Below, piece by piece: positions 63,343-64,000 of a stretch of 64,000 nucleotides of DNA (position 1 is the first letter of the stretch; each line of letters starts with the position of its first letter). Origin of the DNA: an uncultured Candidatus Saccharibacteria bacterium (GTDB lineage: Bacteria; Patescibacteriota; Doudnabacteria; UBA920); assembly GCA_964372905.1 (NCBI GenBank), contig CAYJQY010000002.1, forward strand, positions 38,796 through 102,795, in the 5' to 3' direction. A program made the translations under genes and the position numbers. The notes under the pieces were generated by a model that worked only from the letters and a program-made list of their open reading frames with translations, did not search any database and had not been told where the DNA came from.

Positions 63343-64000
63343 ATGGCGCAAAAAAATCACGAACTGGCGCTTGCGGCCCCCGAGGCCGTAAAGCGTTGCG
63401 TCCGGCGTCTGCAGGACCTGGACGTCTGGCACAATTTAAGCCGCAACGCGCCAGCCACAGGGTGCCGCGACGCGGCTCACCGGAGGGTCCGGCTGGGCCA
63501 CCAGGGCATACCGCTCTGGGATGAGCTCAAGTCATACCTTGGCCAGTATCTGAATGAAGGCGGCGAGTGGCGGATTTTTTTGGCCCACTGCCGCGGCGAC
63601 CGGGAACTGGACGAAGTAAAACTTCGTCAGGCGCTGGGAACGGAACACGTCCAACGGCTGTCGGCCGAAGCGGTTGAACATCTGGGCGTGGCCTATGGAT
63701 TGATCAATCCCTTGTTCGGCGCCGGGGAGGTTGTCCAGATTTTCGATAATGAACTTCGGCAACCCATTGGGGTTCCCGGCACGGTCATGACCAATGCCGG
63801 CCATGCAACTTGGGCCATGGAGTTGCATCCGGCGGAACTCGTTTTGAAACTACCCGGTGCCTGCTGGGCCGACATCGTCGGTCCTGGTCAAGAAAACGAG
63901 GACGCTCGCTGGGGCGTACGCGCGCCGAAACGGATTGGCATTCTGACCGGCAATCCAGGGGATTCCGGTAGTGAGTTGATGTCAAATATCTACCATCACG
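63343..64000 (+). CDS. YbaK/ProX-like aminoacyl-tRNA deacylase domain protein; 3' end outside the window
   Basis: Strong SD TAAGGAGG 7 nt before the ATG. The frame is open to the window end. LGVAYGLINPLFGAG...TVMTNAGHATWAMELHPAEL resembles the YbaK-type editing domain. It is not in the supplied ORF table because no stop lies within the window. Confidence 0.4.
   Translation, partial: MAQKNHELALAAPEAVKRCVRRLQDLDVWHNLSRNAPATGCRDAAHRRVRLGHQGIPLWDELKSYLGQYLNEGGEWRIFLAHCRGDRELDEVKLRQALGTEHVQRLSAEAVEHLGVAYGLINPLFGAGEVVQIFDNELRQPIGVPGTVMTNAGHATWAMELHPAELVLKLPGACWADIVGPGQENEDARWGVRAPKRIGILTGNPGDSGSELMSNIYHH

Overview
This is a compact bacterial chromosomal segment of about 55% GC with few Shine-Dalgarno sites. 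Gene content and style fit a small-genome, Gram-positive-type or CPR/Patescibacteria-like organism; that assignment is inference. Housekeeping genes dominate: the recF 3' end, ruvA and ruvB, pepA, tsaE, tsaB and tsaD, polA, uvrB, rpsT, rpoB-rpoC, valS, a MurE-like ligase with a FemAB-family gene, trxB, gdhA, and a Liv-type ABC transporter cluster (two binding proteins, two permeases, two ATPases) with a tRNA-Glu upstream of it. The unusual content is as follows. (1) A PilB/GspE ATPase is followed by four consecutive genes that share an unrecognised N-terminal motif plus TM anchor: one CBS-domain protein and three PKD/repeat surface proteins. (2) An AT-rich islet between polA and rpsT carries a RhuM-Fic/Doc fusion and a small membrane protein. 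(3) A membrane-anchored ClpC-like AAA+ protein has a degenerate first ATPase domain. (4) A T-box riboswitch leader, with a strong promoter, F-box, T-box and terminator, sits ahead of an unknown low-GC gene co-transcribed with valS. (5) Two intergenic repeat families occur: a 90-bp element inside the rpoB-rpoC and livH-livM spacers, and a roughly 40-bp element upstream of two minus-strand RNA promoters. (6) A CsoR/RcnR-family repressor has an operator palindrome and a cascade of three overlapping 4-codon uORFs, followed by trxB, a riboflavin-kinase-like gene and an EamA transporter. No CRISPR array, transposase or integrase was seen.
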